A DNA stretch of 64,000 nucleotides from Candidatus Iainarchaeum sp. (GCA_043808155.1 JAZDFD010000001.1:30122-94121), one strand, 5' to 3'; numbered from the stretch's first letter, positions 10,705 to 20,281 are shown. A program made the numbers and translations. The notes: generated from the letters alone by a model not told the origin.

Positions 10705-12204
10705 TTAAAGCGTTTTGTATTCTGCTTTTCCAATTTTTAATTTCCAGAGAGTTTCAGGGAGTTCCTGAATTTTGATTCTTTTCTGTTCCATTGAGTCACG
10801 CTCACGTAAGGTAACAGTTCCTTTCTCTAAAGTATCATAATCTAAAGTAATTGCATAGGGAGTTCCAATTTCATCAGCACGCGCGTATCTTTTGCCTATG
10901 CTCCCTTTGTCATCGAAGAAAGCATCAAACTCAAAGTCAGAGAGTTCTTTGTAAAGGCTTTCTGCTTTTTCTTTTAACCCGTCTTTTTTCACTAATGGGA
11001 AAACAGCAACAAAGAAAGGTGCAACTCTTGCAGGGAGTTTCAAATATGTTCTTTCTTCAGGTCCTCGCTTTTCTTTTCTGAAGCCATGGTCTAAAACAAC
11101 ATATAATGTTCTGTCAATTCCTGCTGAAAGTTCAAAAACATGCGGGATGAATTTTTTTCCGTCTTCATTTACTGAAAGATCTTTTTTGCTTTCTTTTGAA
11201 TGGGATTTTAAATCATAATCTGTTCTGTAATTGCATGCCATTAATTCAATCCAACCCAAATCAGTTTCAACTTCAAAATCCCAGGTTTCTTTTGCATAAA
11301 ATGCTCTTGCTTCTTTTGCCAGTTCTCTGAAACGCATTGCTTTTACTGGGATGCCATATTTTTCAAACAACTGCTGAACCCTTGTAATATAATAAGCAAC
11401 TAATTTTCCTGAAACAATTTTTTTAGAAACTGCGTCTTTGCAGGAGATTGGATTCATTTTTTTCCCGATAAGCATTAAATTGATTTTGTAATTTTCAACG
11501 TCATCAAAATTTTCAACTTCATTTATTTTATCAGGATTGAAGAAAATCTCTGCTTCGAATTGTCCGATTTCACGTTCTCTGATTAAACTCTGCCTTGGAG
11601 ATATTTCATTTCTGAATGAAGTTCCTGCCTGTGCAATCCCAAAAGGCAAATTCAGGCGCATTGTTTTGTAAAGTCTGCTAAAATCCAAAAAAATACTCTG
11701 GCAGGTTTCAGGTCTCAAATAACATGGGTTTTGTCCTGTTGCACCAATTTCAGTTTTCATCATCATATTGAAGCGTTTGACTTTTCCTAATACGCCTTTG
11801 CATTTTGTACATTTGATATTGTTCTTTTCAATAAGTTCTGTGAACTTTTCATCAGCCATGCTTTCAGGGAGCGATTCTTTTGTTTTTTCTTCAATCAGTT
11901 TATCTGCTCTGAAGTGTGAATGGCATTTTAAGCACTGAACAATAGGGTCATCGAAATTCTCTAAATGACCCGAAGCTTTGAAAACTGCTTCAGGCATAAT
12001 CTGAGCTCCGTAAATTTCAAGCATATTTTCTTTCTGCACTAATTCTTTTCTCCAGAGTTCAATTATTTTTCGTCTCAGAGATTCTCCTACTGGTCCGAAG
12101 TCCCAAAAACCAGAAGGTGCATTTGGATAAATGTCTGCTGACGGATAGAAAATTGATCTCCTCAAAGCTAAATTTACGATTTCTTCTTGTGGCATTGTTC
12201 TCAC
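10705..12204 (-). CDS. glyS: Glycine--tRNA ligase (alpha2, archaeal/eukaryal type)
   Basis: YLRPETCQ, FRNEISPR, GSIGKRYAR.DEIG motifs. Confidence 0.95.
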   Translation of the reverse strand: MRTMPQEEIVNLALRRSIFYPSADIYPNAPSGFWDFGPVGESLRRKIIELWRKELVQKENMLEIYGAQIMPEAVFKASGHLENFDDPIVQCLKCHSHFRADKLIEEKTKESLPESMADEKFTELIEKNNIKCTKCKGVLGKVKRFNMMMKTEIGATGQNPCYLRPETCQSIFLDFSRLYKTMRLNLPFGIAQAGTSFRNEISPRQSLIREREIGQFEAEIFFNPDKINEVENFDDVENYKINLMLIGKKMNPISCKDAVSKKIVSGKLVAYYITRVQQLFEKYGIPVKAMRFRELAKEARAFYAKETWDFEVETDLGWIELMACNYRTDYDLKSHSKESKKDLSVNEDGKKFIPHVFELSAGIDRTLYVVLDHGFRKEKRGPEERTYLKLPARVAPFFVAVFPLVKKDGLKEKAESLYKELSDFEFDAFFDDKGSIGKRYARADEIGTPYAITLDYDTLEKGTVTLRERDSMEQKRIKIQELPETLWKLKIGKAEYKTL

Positions 12205-12378
12205 TTCTAAATATCAACTCAAAAAGAATTTATAAATATGTTTATGCCAAATTTTTTTCAAAAAAATACTTTTAAATACTAGTTAGGACTTTCTTTAAAT
12301 TAAGATATAGTAGAGTGCAATGATGGCTTGCATAGTTTAGCATTTCTGATTATGTCAAAAACTAGGGGGGTTTGACCC

Positions 12379-12444
12379 ATGGTGAAGAAAAAACCTGCTG
12401 CAAAAAAAGTAAAGAAGAAAGCAGTAAAGAAAAAGAAGAAATAA
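12379..12444 (+). CDS. 21-aa lysine-rich micropeptide MVKKKPAAKKVKKKAVKKKKK
   Basis: ATG preceded by GGGGGG RBS; followed by a hairpin and T-run; below the ORF-track cutoff. Confidence 0.55.
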   Translation: MVKKKPAAKKVKKKAVKKKKK

Positions 12445-12628
12445 GCATGTATGATTATACATTTGATAATAGGGGCATTTTTGCCTCTCTCTTATTTTTT
12501 TGAAATCAGGAAATTATTCAAATAATCTGTTTTTAAATATTAGTGTTTTTCGAGGACAGGGGTTCATTTTTATGCTTTTTGACACGCGAGTATCTTGCTC
12601 AAAAATATATGTTTTGGGGGGACTTGAA

Positions 12629-12703
12629 ATGAAATGCTTTTTAGAAAATGATCTCTACATGTCGGATGATGATGAAGAATACAGCGATGAAGAAGATTAT
12701 TAA
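12629..12703 (+). CDS. 24-aa acidic micropeptide MKCFLENDLYMSDDDEEYSDEEDY
   Basis: ATG preceded by GGGGGG RBS; followed by T-rich tract. Confidence 0.45.
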   Translation: MKCFLENDLYMSDDDEEYSDEEDY

Positions 12704-12787
12704 GATGCAGATGAATGATTGCTCTGAAAATCTTTGCCCTATTTCTTTTTTTATTTTTTATTATTTTAGCAGTTTATTGTTTGCGGG

Positions 12788-13327
12788 TTAGGCATTCTTT
12801 AAATAGACGACTAAATTCCTTGTCAGAGTTTTAACTGAAGAAACATGTCGGGACATTTCTTTGTTTAATTGTGGGTCCAAAAATGGACTTATAATTAAAA
12901 TTGAAAATGAAACTGAAACTATGTGCAGTAAAGTGAATGGAATCTGCATTATCAAAGTCACAATAAATGGCTGATTAAACATAAATGAACTCATTATCGG
13001 GCCAGTTATAAAATCAAATATTAATACTGCAACTGCTCCCGAGCCAAGAAATAATTTCATAGTAGATTCTTTGTTTTTAAGGAAAAAATGGAAAAGCATT
13101 ATTACTGCAGAATATGTGAGGCTTGTTACCAACGTCCACAACCCCAAATGACCTGTAATTATATCAAAAGAAAACATTACTGCAAACGCAAACAACGCAC
13201 CTTTCCACCATGGTTCGTTTTTTGCAGCAGGAAGTGCAAATCCCATTATCGGATCTGAATTAGGGAAAATTCTGAAAAATCTGTAAAAATTTGTTAAAAT
13301 CGCACCAAATAAATATTTGAATTTCAT
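12788..13327 (-). CDS. Integral membrane protein, ECF S-component-like
   Basis: ~5-6 TM helices; N-terminal 'R..PN..P' motif. Confidence 0.55.
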   Translation of the reverse strand: MKFKYLFGAILTNFYRFFRIFPNSDPIMGFALPAAKNEPWWKGALFAFAVMFSFDIITGHLGLWTLVTSLTYSAVIMLFHFFLKNKESTMKLFLGSGAVAVLIFDFITGPIMSSFMFNQPFIVTLIMQIPFTLLHIVSVSFSILIISPFLDPQLNKEMSRHVSSVKTLTRNLVVYLKNA

Positions 13328-13385
13328 TTAATCACACCACATATATATCTGAAAAGACTTTATAAAAGTGTCTTTAATATAATAT

Positions 13386-14417
13386 ATGGATATTATGCCA
13401 ACAACAAACTTGGAAAGACTCCGAAAACAGCTTATTTCTAAGGCTAAAAAACAGATATCGGAAAAGTATTCAGGAGATGACATTCACATAATCAGAGCAG
13501 TGAATGTTCTTGAAGACCTTGATTTTATTTTTAATTTACTGAGTGAACATGCACGTGAATGGTATTCAGTGCATTTCCCTGAACTTAATTCACTTGTGAA
13601 AGATAATGAAACCTATCTGAAAATGATAAATGATTTGGGAACACGAGAAAATTTTACAGAATCAAAAATTGAACAGTATGCAAAAGAAAAAAATATTTCA
13701 AAAATTGCAGAAAAAGCAAAATCCGGAATGGGTTCTGAAATCGGAGAAAAAGAAATGGGAGAAATTAATTCATTAGTGAAAAATGCACTTTCTCTGAAAA
13801 AGGAAAGAAATGCACTTTCTGCATTTATCGAAAAAGAGACTGCTACTTTAATGCCGAACTTTTCAGAACTTGCAGGTCCGATTTTAAGTGCAAAACTTCT
13901 TAATGAAGCAGGAAGTTTCAAAAAACTTGCAATGATGCCAAGTTCCACAATGCAATTATTGGGAGCGGAGAAAGCACTTTTCAGACATATTAAATCAGGT
14001 GCACGCCCTCCAAAATACGGACACTTATTTCAGCATCCTCTTGTAAAACAAATGACACCCTGGCAGAAGGGTGCTACTGCAAGAACTATTGCAGGAAAAT
14101 TAAGTATGGCAATTAAGGAAGATTATTTTGGAGATAAGAAAATTGCAGAGGATTTGAAAAAAGATCTTGAAGTAAGACTTAAGGAAATTTCAGAAACTCA
14201 CAAGAAAAAAGAACCAAAAGAAGGCTCCAGAACAGATTCACAAACATATTCAAAGCCAAGAAGCTATTCAGATAACTCAGGACCCCGACCATATTCAAAA
14301 CCAAAACAATATTCAAAACCAAGAACATATTCAAATAAATCAGGTGCTAAACCATTCAAAACTCAGGGAAATAAATTTCGTAAACCATTCAAAAAGAAAA
14401 ATACATTCGGAGCATAG
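13386..14417 (+). CDS. nop5: C/D box RNP protein Nop5 (Nop56/58)
   Basis: REWYSVHFPEL, QLLGAEKALF and PPKYG motifs. Confidence 0.95.
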   Translation: MDIMPTTNLERLRKQLISKAKKQISEKYSGDDIHIIRAVNVLEDLDFIFNLLSEHAREWYSVHFPELNSLVKDNETYLKMINDLGTRENFTESKIEQYAKEKNISKIAEKAKSGMGSEIGEKEMGEINSLVKNALSLKKERNALSAFIEKETATLMPNFSELAGPILSAKLLNEAGSFKKLAMMPSSTMQLLGAEKALFRHIKSGARPPKYGHLFQHPLVKQMTPWQKGATARTIAGKLSMAIKEDYFGDKKIAEDLKKDLEVRLKEISETHKKKEPKEGSRTDSQTYSKPRSYSDNSGPRPYSKPKQYSKPRTYSNKSGAKPFKTQGNKFRKPFKKKNTFGA

Positions 14418-14425
14418 GTGTTTTT

Positions 14426-15088
14426 TTGAAGGAGATTTTCCCTGGAATTTATCTTATCAATGGGAAGTTGGCTACTTTAAACTCAGTTCCCGGAAATAAA
14501 GTTTATGGTGAACAGTTAGTTTCAGTTAAAGATCAGGAATTTCGTATTTGGGACCCCTACAGATCAAAATTAGCAGCTGCGATTAAAAAAAATCTAAAAA
14601 CTGTCCCTTTGAAAAAAGATTTCAAAGTTTTATATTTGGGGAGTGCAGAAGGTACAACTGTTTCTCATGTTGCTGAGAGTGTTGGTGATAAAGGGCTGGT
14701 TTTTGGTGTTGAGTTTAGTGAAAGAACTATGAGGAAATTTATTGACATCTGTGAATCGCGTTCAAATATAATTCCGATTTTAGCAGATGCTAACAAACCA
14801 GACTCATATTCGGAATATTTAGAAGGTCAGGGCATTGATTTGCTTTATCAGGATATTGCACAGAAAAATCAGGCAGAAATTTTCAATAAAAATGCAAAAA
14901 TGTTTCTGAAAAAAGGCTCTTTTGGAATGATTGCAATCAAAGCGCGTTCCATAAGCCAGAAAAAAAATATAAAAGAAATATTTGACACAGAGATTGCTGA
15001 AATTGAAAAAGAATTTAAAATAATTGAAAGTGTTCCTTTAGCTCCATTTGAGAAAGAACATTTATTTGTTGTTTGCCAAAAAAAGTAA
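14426..15088 (+). CDS. flpA: Fibrillarin-like rRNA/tRNA 2'-O-methyltransferase
   Basis: WDPYRSKLAAA, VLYLGSAEGTTVSH and YQDIAQ motifs; follows nop5. Confidence 0.95.
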   Translation: MKEIFPGIYLINGKLATLNSVPGNKVYGEQLVSVKDQEFRIWDPYRSKLAAAIKKNLKTVPLKKDFKVLYLGSAEGTTVSHVAESVGDKGLVFGVEFSERTMRKFIDICESRSNIIPILADANKPDSYSEYLEGQGIDLLYQDIAQKNQAEIFNKNAKMFLKKGSFGMIAIKARSISQKKNIKEIFDTEIAEIEKEFKIIESVPLAPFEKEHLFVVCQKK

Positions 15089-15110
15089 GATTTTTAAATT
15101 AGTGATTATA

Positions 15111-15677
15111 ATGATTTCAGAAGTTAGAAGAAAATTTATTCACATTGGAATTGGCTCTGTCTTTGTACTGATGGTTTTCTTTTTAGGAACTATTAATTCA
15201 TTAATGATTTTATTTCCAATTTATATTATTGGTCTAATTAGTTCATTTTTGATTTTAAAGGGAGTTAGAATTCCATTTGCTCATGCCTTACTTGATGATG
15301 TGCAAAGAACAGATGAAAAGCATCTCCCGGGAAAAGGAGCGCTTTATTTTTTCCTTGGTGCAAATTTAGTTTTAGCTTTATTTTGGTGGAATCAGTTATT
15401 TGTTTTAGCAGCTCTTTGTACTGTTGTTTTCGGAGATGGTTTTGCAACAATGGTTGGAATTAAGTTTGGTAAACACACATTAATTAGCGGAAAAAGTGTT
15501 GAAGGAACTCTTGCATGCATTATTGCGTGTGTAATTTTTCTTCATGTTTTATTTCCGTTCAGTATTTACAGAATTGGATTTACTGCATTTGTTGCAACTG
15601 CAGTTGAACTTCTTCCATTAAATGACAATTTAGGGATGCCATTAGCAACAGCAGCAACATTATTATTGTTAATTTAA
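15111..15677 (+). CDS. Dolichol/phytol kinase (SEC59/DGK1/VTE5) family membrane protein
   Basis: RRKFIH, GDGFA..VG..FG, GKSVEG and DNL..P motifs. Confidence 0.85.
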   Translation: MISEVRRKFIHIGIGSVFVLMVFFLGTINSLMILFPIYIIGLISSFLILKGVRIPFAHALLDDVQRTDEKHLPGKGALYFFLGANLVLALFWWNQLFVLAALCTVVFGDGFATMVGIKFGKHTLISGKSVEGTLACIIACVIFLHVLFPFSIYRIGFTAFVATAVELLPLNDNLGMPLATAATLLLLI

Positions 15678-15696
15678 GATAAAGTATGTGATGTCA

Positions 15697-15737
15697 GTGC
15701 CACTTTAGTGGCACCCGTACTAGCCGGACGTGACGGC
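15697..15737. repeat. Hairpin + 22-nt motif repeat, copy 2
   Basis: GTGCCACT-TT-AGTGGCAC then CGTACTAGCCGGACGTGACGGC; ends 2 nt before tRNA-Arg. Confidence 0.85.
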
Positions 15738-15739
15738 GT

Positions 15740-15880
15740 GGGCCTGTGGCGCAACGGATAGCGCAGCTGCCTCCTAACGGACAGATCCGTTAACGATCTG
15801 TATGTGCGGGGTTTTCAACCCCGCGATAATAATACGTGGGAGCGAGCAGAAGGTTGAGAGTTCGATTCTCTCCGGGCCCG
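15740..15880 (+). tRNA. tRNA-Arg(CCT) with 68-nt intron at 37/38 (15777-15844)
   Basis: GGGCCTG/CGGGCCC-G acceptor, GCGC D stem, CT-CCT-A|intron|A; BHB central helix CTCC/GGAG; GAGAG-TTCGATT-CTCTC T arm. Confidence 0.9.
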
Positions 15881-15912
15881 ATATTCATTTTTTGTAATTT
15901 TAGAAATATTAC

Positions 15913-15965
15913 TGCACTGTTGTGCAAAACAATAGTGCACATATCGCACTAGCCGGGCGTTCGGC
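15913..15965. repeat. Hairpin + motif repeat, copy 3
   Basis: TGCACTGTTGT..ACAATAGTGCA hairpin then CGCACTAGCCGGGCGTTCGGC. Confidence 0.75.
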
Positions 15966-15966
15966 T

Positions 15967-15986
15967 TTCGATTCTCTCCGGGCCCG
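15967..15986 (+). repeat. 20-nt direct repeat of the tRNA-Arg 3' end (att-like)
   Basis: TTCGATTCTCTCCGGGCCCG is identical to 15861-15880. Confidence 0.9.
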
Positions 15987-16141
15987 CCTTTTTAAAAAAA
16001 GGCAGGTTGCAACTTAAACCAATGAGGTTTAAGTGCACACTGAAACCAAAGTTTCAGTTGTGCCAAAAAGGCAAATCCTTTGGGATTTGCACATCTATTT
16101 TTTCAAAACAACTTTTATTAACAACCGAGCCCAAGCGAGAT

Positions 16142-16183
16142 GTGCCACTGCAAGTGGCACTCGTACTAGCCGGACGTGACGGC
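16142..16183. repeat. Hairpin + 22-nt motif repeat, copy 4
   Basis: GTGCCACT-GCA-AGTGGCAC then CGTACTAGCCGGACGTGACGGC (motif identical to copy 2). Confidence 0.85.
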
Positions 16184-16254
16184 TTAAGCAAATAACGTCC
16201 TGGCAATGTACGATTGACGTAAACCTTAAAAACTAGTTTTTACATATAAATTGT

Positions 16255-16965
16255 ATGGATAAACTGCCCTCAACTATTGCAGGTGAGATCTGCCTTTCAA
16301 AAGAACCAGGAAGTTCAATGAAAAAATGGCGAGAGATCTTTGGAATTTCTCAGACTGAATTAGCGGAATTTTTAAAAGTTTCATCTTCAACAATTTCAGA
16401 TTATGAAGGGGGAAGAAGAAAAAGTCCTGGTATTAATGTTGTCAGCAGATTTGTTGAAGCATTAATCAGAATGGATAAAAACAAAGGTGGTCCGATAATA
16501 AAACAGTTAGAAAAAGATTTCAAACCAAAAGAAGATGCATTTGATACACATGAATTTTATGCTGCAATGCCGTCAGATAAATTCATAAAAAAATTAGAAG
16601 CAACTTGTGTTGCAAATCCTTCAAAATTAAAAAATTCACAAATTTACGGTTATACAATTGTTGATTCATTAAAAGTAATTTTAGATGTTCCTGTTCATGA
16701 GTATATGCAGATTTATGGTAAGACTCCTGAGCGTGCACTGATTTTCAAACACGTGGAAAATGGAAGAAGCCCTTTAATCGCAGTAAAAATTGGACGCTTT
16801 TCTACGGAAATGAAACCTGCAATGGTAATACTGCACGGGGATTTGAAACCTTCAAAAGTTGACCCCATTGCAATAAAAATTGCAGAATCAGAAAAAATCC
16901 CATTATTAGTTACCAGCAAACCAATAGGTGAAATAGTAGGGGTTTTTGAAAAATATGAAAGTTAA
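16255..16965 (+). CDS. XRE-HTH transcriptional regulator with DRTGG-like C-terminus (archaeal COG1709-like)
   Basis: 'IAGEI.LS..PG.SMKKWREIFGISQ.ELA..L.VS.STISDYEGGRRKSPG'. Confidence 0.85.
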   Translation: MDKLPSTIAGEICLSKEPGSSMKKWREIFGISQTELAEFLKVSSSTISDYEGGRRKSPGINVVSRFVEALIRMDKNKGGPIIKQLEKDFKPKEDAFDTHEFYAAMPSDKFIKKLEATCVANPSKLKNSQIYGYTIVDSLKVILDVPVHEYMQIYGKTPERALIFKHVENGRSPLIAVKIGRFSTEMKPAMVILHGDLKPSKVDPIAIKIAESEKIPLLVTSKPIGEIVGVFEKYES

Positions 16966-16970
16966 GCTGA

Positions 16971-17681
16971 TTAAATTCGAATACAGAAAGTAAATCTTTT
17001 TTTATCTTTTCCAAATTTGTCTCTACCTGTGGTTTTGTATGATACTGTTTGATCTGATTTGTATTTTGAGGCAAGGATTGATGAAATTTTTCTTGCTGCT
17101 TTTTTAGAGCCTATAAAAAAATCCAGCCCGTTTTTTGCTTCTTTTATAGCAATTGCTTCTGAAAGTGGATCTCTCTTTTTTTCAAAAAATAAAAGCTGCT
17201 GTATTTCTTTTTTTATTTTTTCGTTTTTAATTGCAGTTGGTTTTTCATCTTTAAATCTTATCTGGAGGATTGCTTCATGATAATATGATTGAACACGCAT
17301 GCATGGATCGCACATAACTTCTTTTGGGACTAAATGTGTTTCCTTTTCAATTGTGACTTCCTGATTCTGAACAAGACCTGTTAATACAACTGTTGCAATT
17401 GTTGTGTTGTCATCCATTGGTTCTAAATCAATTGAGATTCTTTCAGAACCCATTTCTTTTGTTTTGATATTTGATTTTACAAGATTTTCAATTAGTTCTG
17501 GTGTCTGCTCCTGCCATTTACCTCTGTAACGGATTTTGTTGCATACTTTGCAGTGTTCAATTTCTATTTTTTCAGGAATCTGAACAAGGTCGTGATCTTT
17601 CAAATAACAATCTGTACAGAAACTGCCAATAAAATGACCTTTGTTTGTTCCACATTTTGGACACATTCTTTCAAGAGGCAT
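16971..17681 (-). CDS. nmd3: NMD3 family ribosome biogenesis protein
   Basis: Four CxxC pairs; YHEAILQIR motif. Confidence 0.85.
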   Translation of the reverse strand: MPLERMCPKCGTNKGHFIGSFCTDCYLKDHDLVQIPEKIEIEHCKVCNKIRYRGKWQEQTPELIENLVKSNIKTKEMGSERISIDLEPMDDNTTIATVVLTGLVQNQEVTIEKETHLVPKEVMCDPCMRVQSYYHEAILQIRFKDEKPTAIKNEKIKKEIQQLLFFEKKRDPLSEAIAIKEAKNGLDFFIGSKKAARKISSILASKYKSDQTVSYKTTGRDKFGKDKKRFTFCIRI

Positions 17682-18485
17682 TTAAATCACTTTTCCCTTA
17701 GAACTGACTTTTTGAATCTCCATATATATTACAGGATTAAGAACGATTATGTATGTTGCTATCAAAGCAGTTAAAAATCTTGAAACTATGAATAAAAACA
17801 GAAATTCTGGTTTATCTGCGACTGCTGCAAGAACAAATGAAACAAAAGAAAGCAGAAGCTGGAAAATAGACGCTTTTGATATGTCTTTAAAATTTGATTT
17901 TGAAAGTGAAAAACTCTTTCCCAAAGTTCCAAAAACCCCTTTCTTTTCCAGCATTGAAACAGGATAAATCAGATAGAACATTATTGTTGTAATAAGCTCT
18001 GCAATAATCAGAAGAATTCCGGATAAAATAATTCCGACAATATCATTTGAAACTAATGAAAACGCCATCCACAAAATAAAAGGCATGCTTACTAACATGA
18101 AAATAAATAATGCAGTAAAAATTGACGGAATTACTATCAAGGATCTTGAAAAAGCAGATTTCACTGCATCAGTAAATGAAATTTTCTTTTTTTTATAAAA
18201 ATCATCAACCATTTTCGGATACATTGAATTTATGAATGTGTCAAGAAGCAATACAAACAATGAAAAAATAAATAAAGTCGACACAACAGGCAACATTTCT
18301 GCAGCATAAACTGCAGCTTGGCTTTGGTTTTCCGTAAATATAAACTCAGTTAATGAAACCAGTATGTCCATTGTAAGAAGCATCATTACGCCATAAACTG
18401 CAGCAATTAAAAATTTAGGCAGAAATAATTTCGGCTTCTTTTTCAGAAGATTGAAAGAATTTACAAGAGCATCAATAAAATGCAT
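17682..18485 (-). CDS. Multi-pass membrane protein
   Basis: ~6 hydrophobic helices. Confidence 0.65.
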   Translation of the reverse strand: MHFIDALVNSFNLLKKKPKLFLPKFLIAAVYGVMMLLTMDILVSLTEFIFTENQSQAAVYAAEMLPVVSTLFIFSLFVLLLDTFINSMYPKMVDDFYKKKKISFTDAVKSAFSRSLIVIPSIFTALFIFMLVSMPFILWMAFSLVSNDIVGIILSGILLIIAELITTIMFYLIYPVSMLEKKGVFGTLGKSFSLSKSNFKDISKASIFQLLLSFVSFVLAAVADKPEFLFLFIVSRFLTALIATYIIVLNPVIYMEIQKVSSKGKVI

Positions 18486-18490
18486 AATAA

Positions 18491-19762
18491 TCAGATTTCT
18501 AATGTTTTACCTAATTCAGGCATATGTGATGTAATTCCTGTGTCTTGTTCAATTTTATCTTTGAAAACAGCCATTGTATCTTTATCGCCGTGAACAAGAA
18601 TTATTTTTTCAGGAGACCATTTTTTTATTGTTTTAAGCATATCAGTTTGTGATGCATGAGCTGAAAAATCAAACTTTCTTAACTGTGCATTTACTTTGTA
18701 AATATTATCATCAATTGTGATTTTACCAGTATCCATCAATAGTCTTCCGGGAGTTCCTTCAACCTGATAACCTGTGAGAAGTAACTTATTCTTGGGGTTA
18801 TCTGCTAAATATTTTAGATAATGTAACATAGGCCCTCCTTGGAGCATGCCTGCTGAGGACACAATGACACATGGTTCCTTCAATGCTTTTTTTCTTTTAA
18901 ATGGTTTATCAACCCAGATGACTTTTTCTAATGCTTTTCTCAGAGTGGCTTCGTCTTTTAAATAAGTTGAGTGTTCTAAAAAGATTCTGGACGCTTTTTG
19001 CCCCATCCCGTCAAAATAAATTGGCACATCAATTTTGTACTCATAAAGAATATCAATAATTTCCTGGCATCTGCTTACTGCAAAAGCAGGAATCATAACC
19101 CAGCCTCCATTTTCAAGTCCTTCCTTTATTTCTTCAATAAATGTTTTTTCAACTAATTCACGCGGAGGGTGATCTCTGTCACCATAAGTTGATTCAATTA
19201 TCAGAGTATCAACTTCGCCAACATCTAAATCAGCTGCATTAAAAAGTCGTGTTTCAATTGGCTGGAAATCGCCAGTGTAAAGAATGCTTTTTTCTTTGAT
19301 TGTTAATTTAGATAATGCAGAACCGGGGATATGTCCTGCATCAAAAAGTTCCAAATTTGCATTTTCAGTAATATTGAGATTTCTTCTGTACATAATTGGC
19401 ATAATAAATCGGTCAGCTTTTTTTACTGCATCTTTAGTAAATAAGGGTCTTTCTTTTTCATGTTCTGCAATTTTTATAGTGTCATACCATAAAAGTCTTG
19501 AAATGTCAAGTGTTGGTGGTGTCATATATGTAATAAAATTAGAATCTAAGAAAAGTTCAGGTAAAGCACCAGAATGGTCAAGGTGAGCATGACTTATGAT
19601 TACAGCATCTAAATTTGTACCTATATCAAGAGGATACTCTGGTTTTTCGTTTGTTAATTTTATTCCTCTGTCAAAAAGGAATTTCTCACCAGTATCAATC
19701 AAAAAAGAGCTTCTTCCAACTTCTCTGCAGGCTCCAAGACCCTTAAATGTTATTTTTCTCAT
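18491..19762 (-). CDS. beta-CASP ribonuclease (aCPSF2-like)
   Basis: GACREVGRS, SHAHLDHSG, AGHIPGS, ESTYG and FSAHA motifs; no KH domains. Confidence 0.9.
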   Translation of the reverse strand: MRKITFKGLGACREVGRSSFLIDTGEKFLFDRGIKLTNEKPEYPLDIGTNLDAVIISHAHLDHSGALPELFLDSNFITYMTPPTLDISRLLWYDTIKIAEHEKERPLFTKDAVKKADRFIMPIMYRRNLNITENANLELFDAGHIPGSALSKLTIKEKSILYTGDFQPIETRLFNAADLDVGEVDTLIIESTYGDRDHPPRELVEKTFIEEIKEGLENGGWVMIPAFAVSRCQEIIDILYEYKIDVPIYFDGMGQKASRIFLEHSTYLKDEATLRKALEKVIWVDKPFKRKKALKEPCVIVSSAGMLQGGPMLHYLKYLADNPKNKLLLTGYQVEGTPGRLLMDTGKITIDDNIYKVNAQLRKFDFSAHASQTDMLKTIKKWSPEKIILVHGDKDTMAVFKDKIEQDTGITSHMPELGKTLEI

Positions 19763-19844
19763 TAAAAATCACTATTTTATGAATTAAACTCAAACAACTT
19801 AATAAATGTGCTTGAAAAATAGACGGTTAGAGGAATTAAGCAAA

Positions 19845-20084
19845 TTATTCCCCGTCATCTGCACCGTCATCTGAAGTTTCAGCATGTGTTTGTACGGCTT
19901 TATTAAGATCTTTAACAAGAACATCAGCATCAATACCGTGTGCAATTGCACCCTGTTCTAAATTTTCAAATCTTGCAGCTGCACAGCCAACGCAATGTAA
20001 ACCATGCCTCATAAAAACTTCTACTGTTTCTGGAAATTTTGAAACAATGTCCATAATTGACATTTCTTTTGTTATTACACCCAT
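19845..20084 (-). CDS. DUF1858 domain (hybrid-cluster-associated redox disulfide) protein
   Basis: 'GLHCVGC.AA.FE.LEQGA.AHG'. Confidence 0.88.
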   Translation of the reverse strand: MGVITKEMSIMDIVSKFPETVEVFMRHGLHCVGCAAARFENLEQGAIAHGIDADVLVKDLNKAVQTHAETSDDGADDGE

Positions 20085-20098
20085 CTTTTCACCATCCC

Positions 20099-20281
20099 CT
20101 ATTTTACAACAATTGCTTTTGCAGGACAGCTCACTTCACATGCTCTGCACTGAATGCATTCATCTGGTTTTTTTACAACTGATTTAGCGCCTTCTTTTTC
20201 AAAAACACCGACTGGACAAACATCTATACATGTTCCGCAACCAGTACATTTAGTAGAATCTATATATGGTCTTTCTGCCAC
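20099..20281 (-). CDS. 2x[4Fe-4S] ferredoxin
   Basis: Two CxxCxxCxxxCP motifs. Confidence 0.93.
   Translation of the reverse strand: MAERPYIDSTKCTGCGTCIDVCPVGVFEKEGAKSVVKKPDECIQCRACEVSCPAKAIVVK

Noticed and set aside
15697-16183. CRISPR array
   Set aside because: Repeats are irregularly spaced and degenerate, with no uniform spacers and no cas genes in the window.
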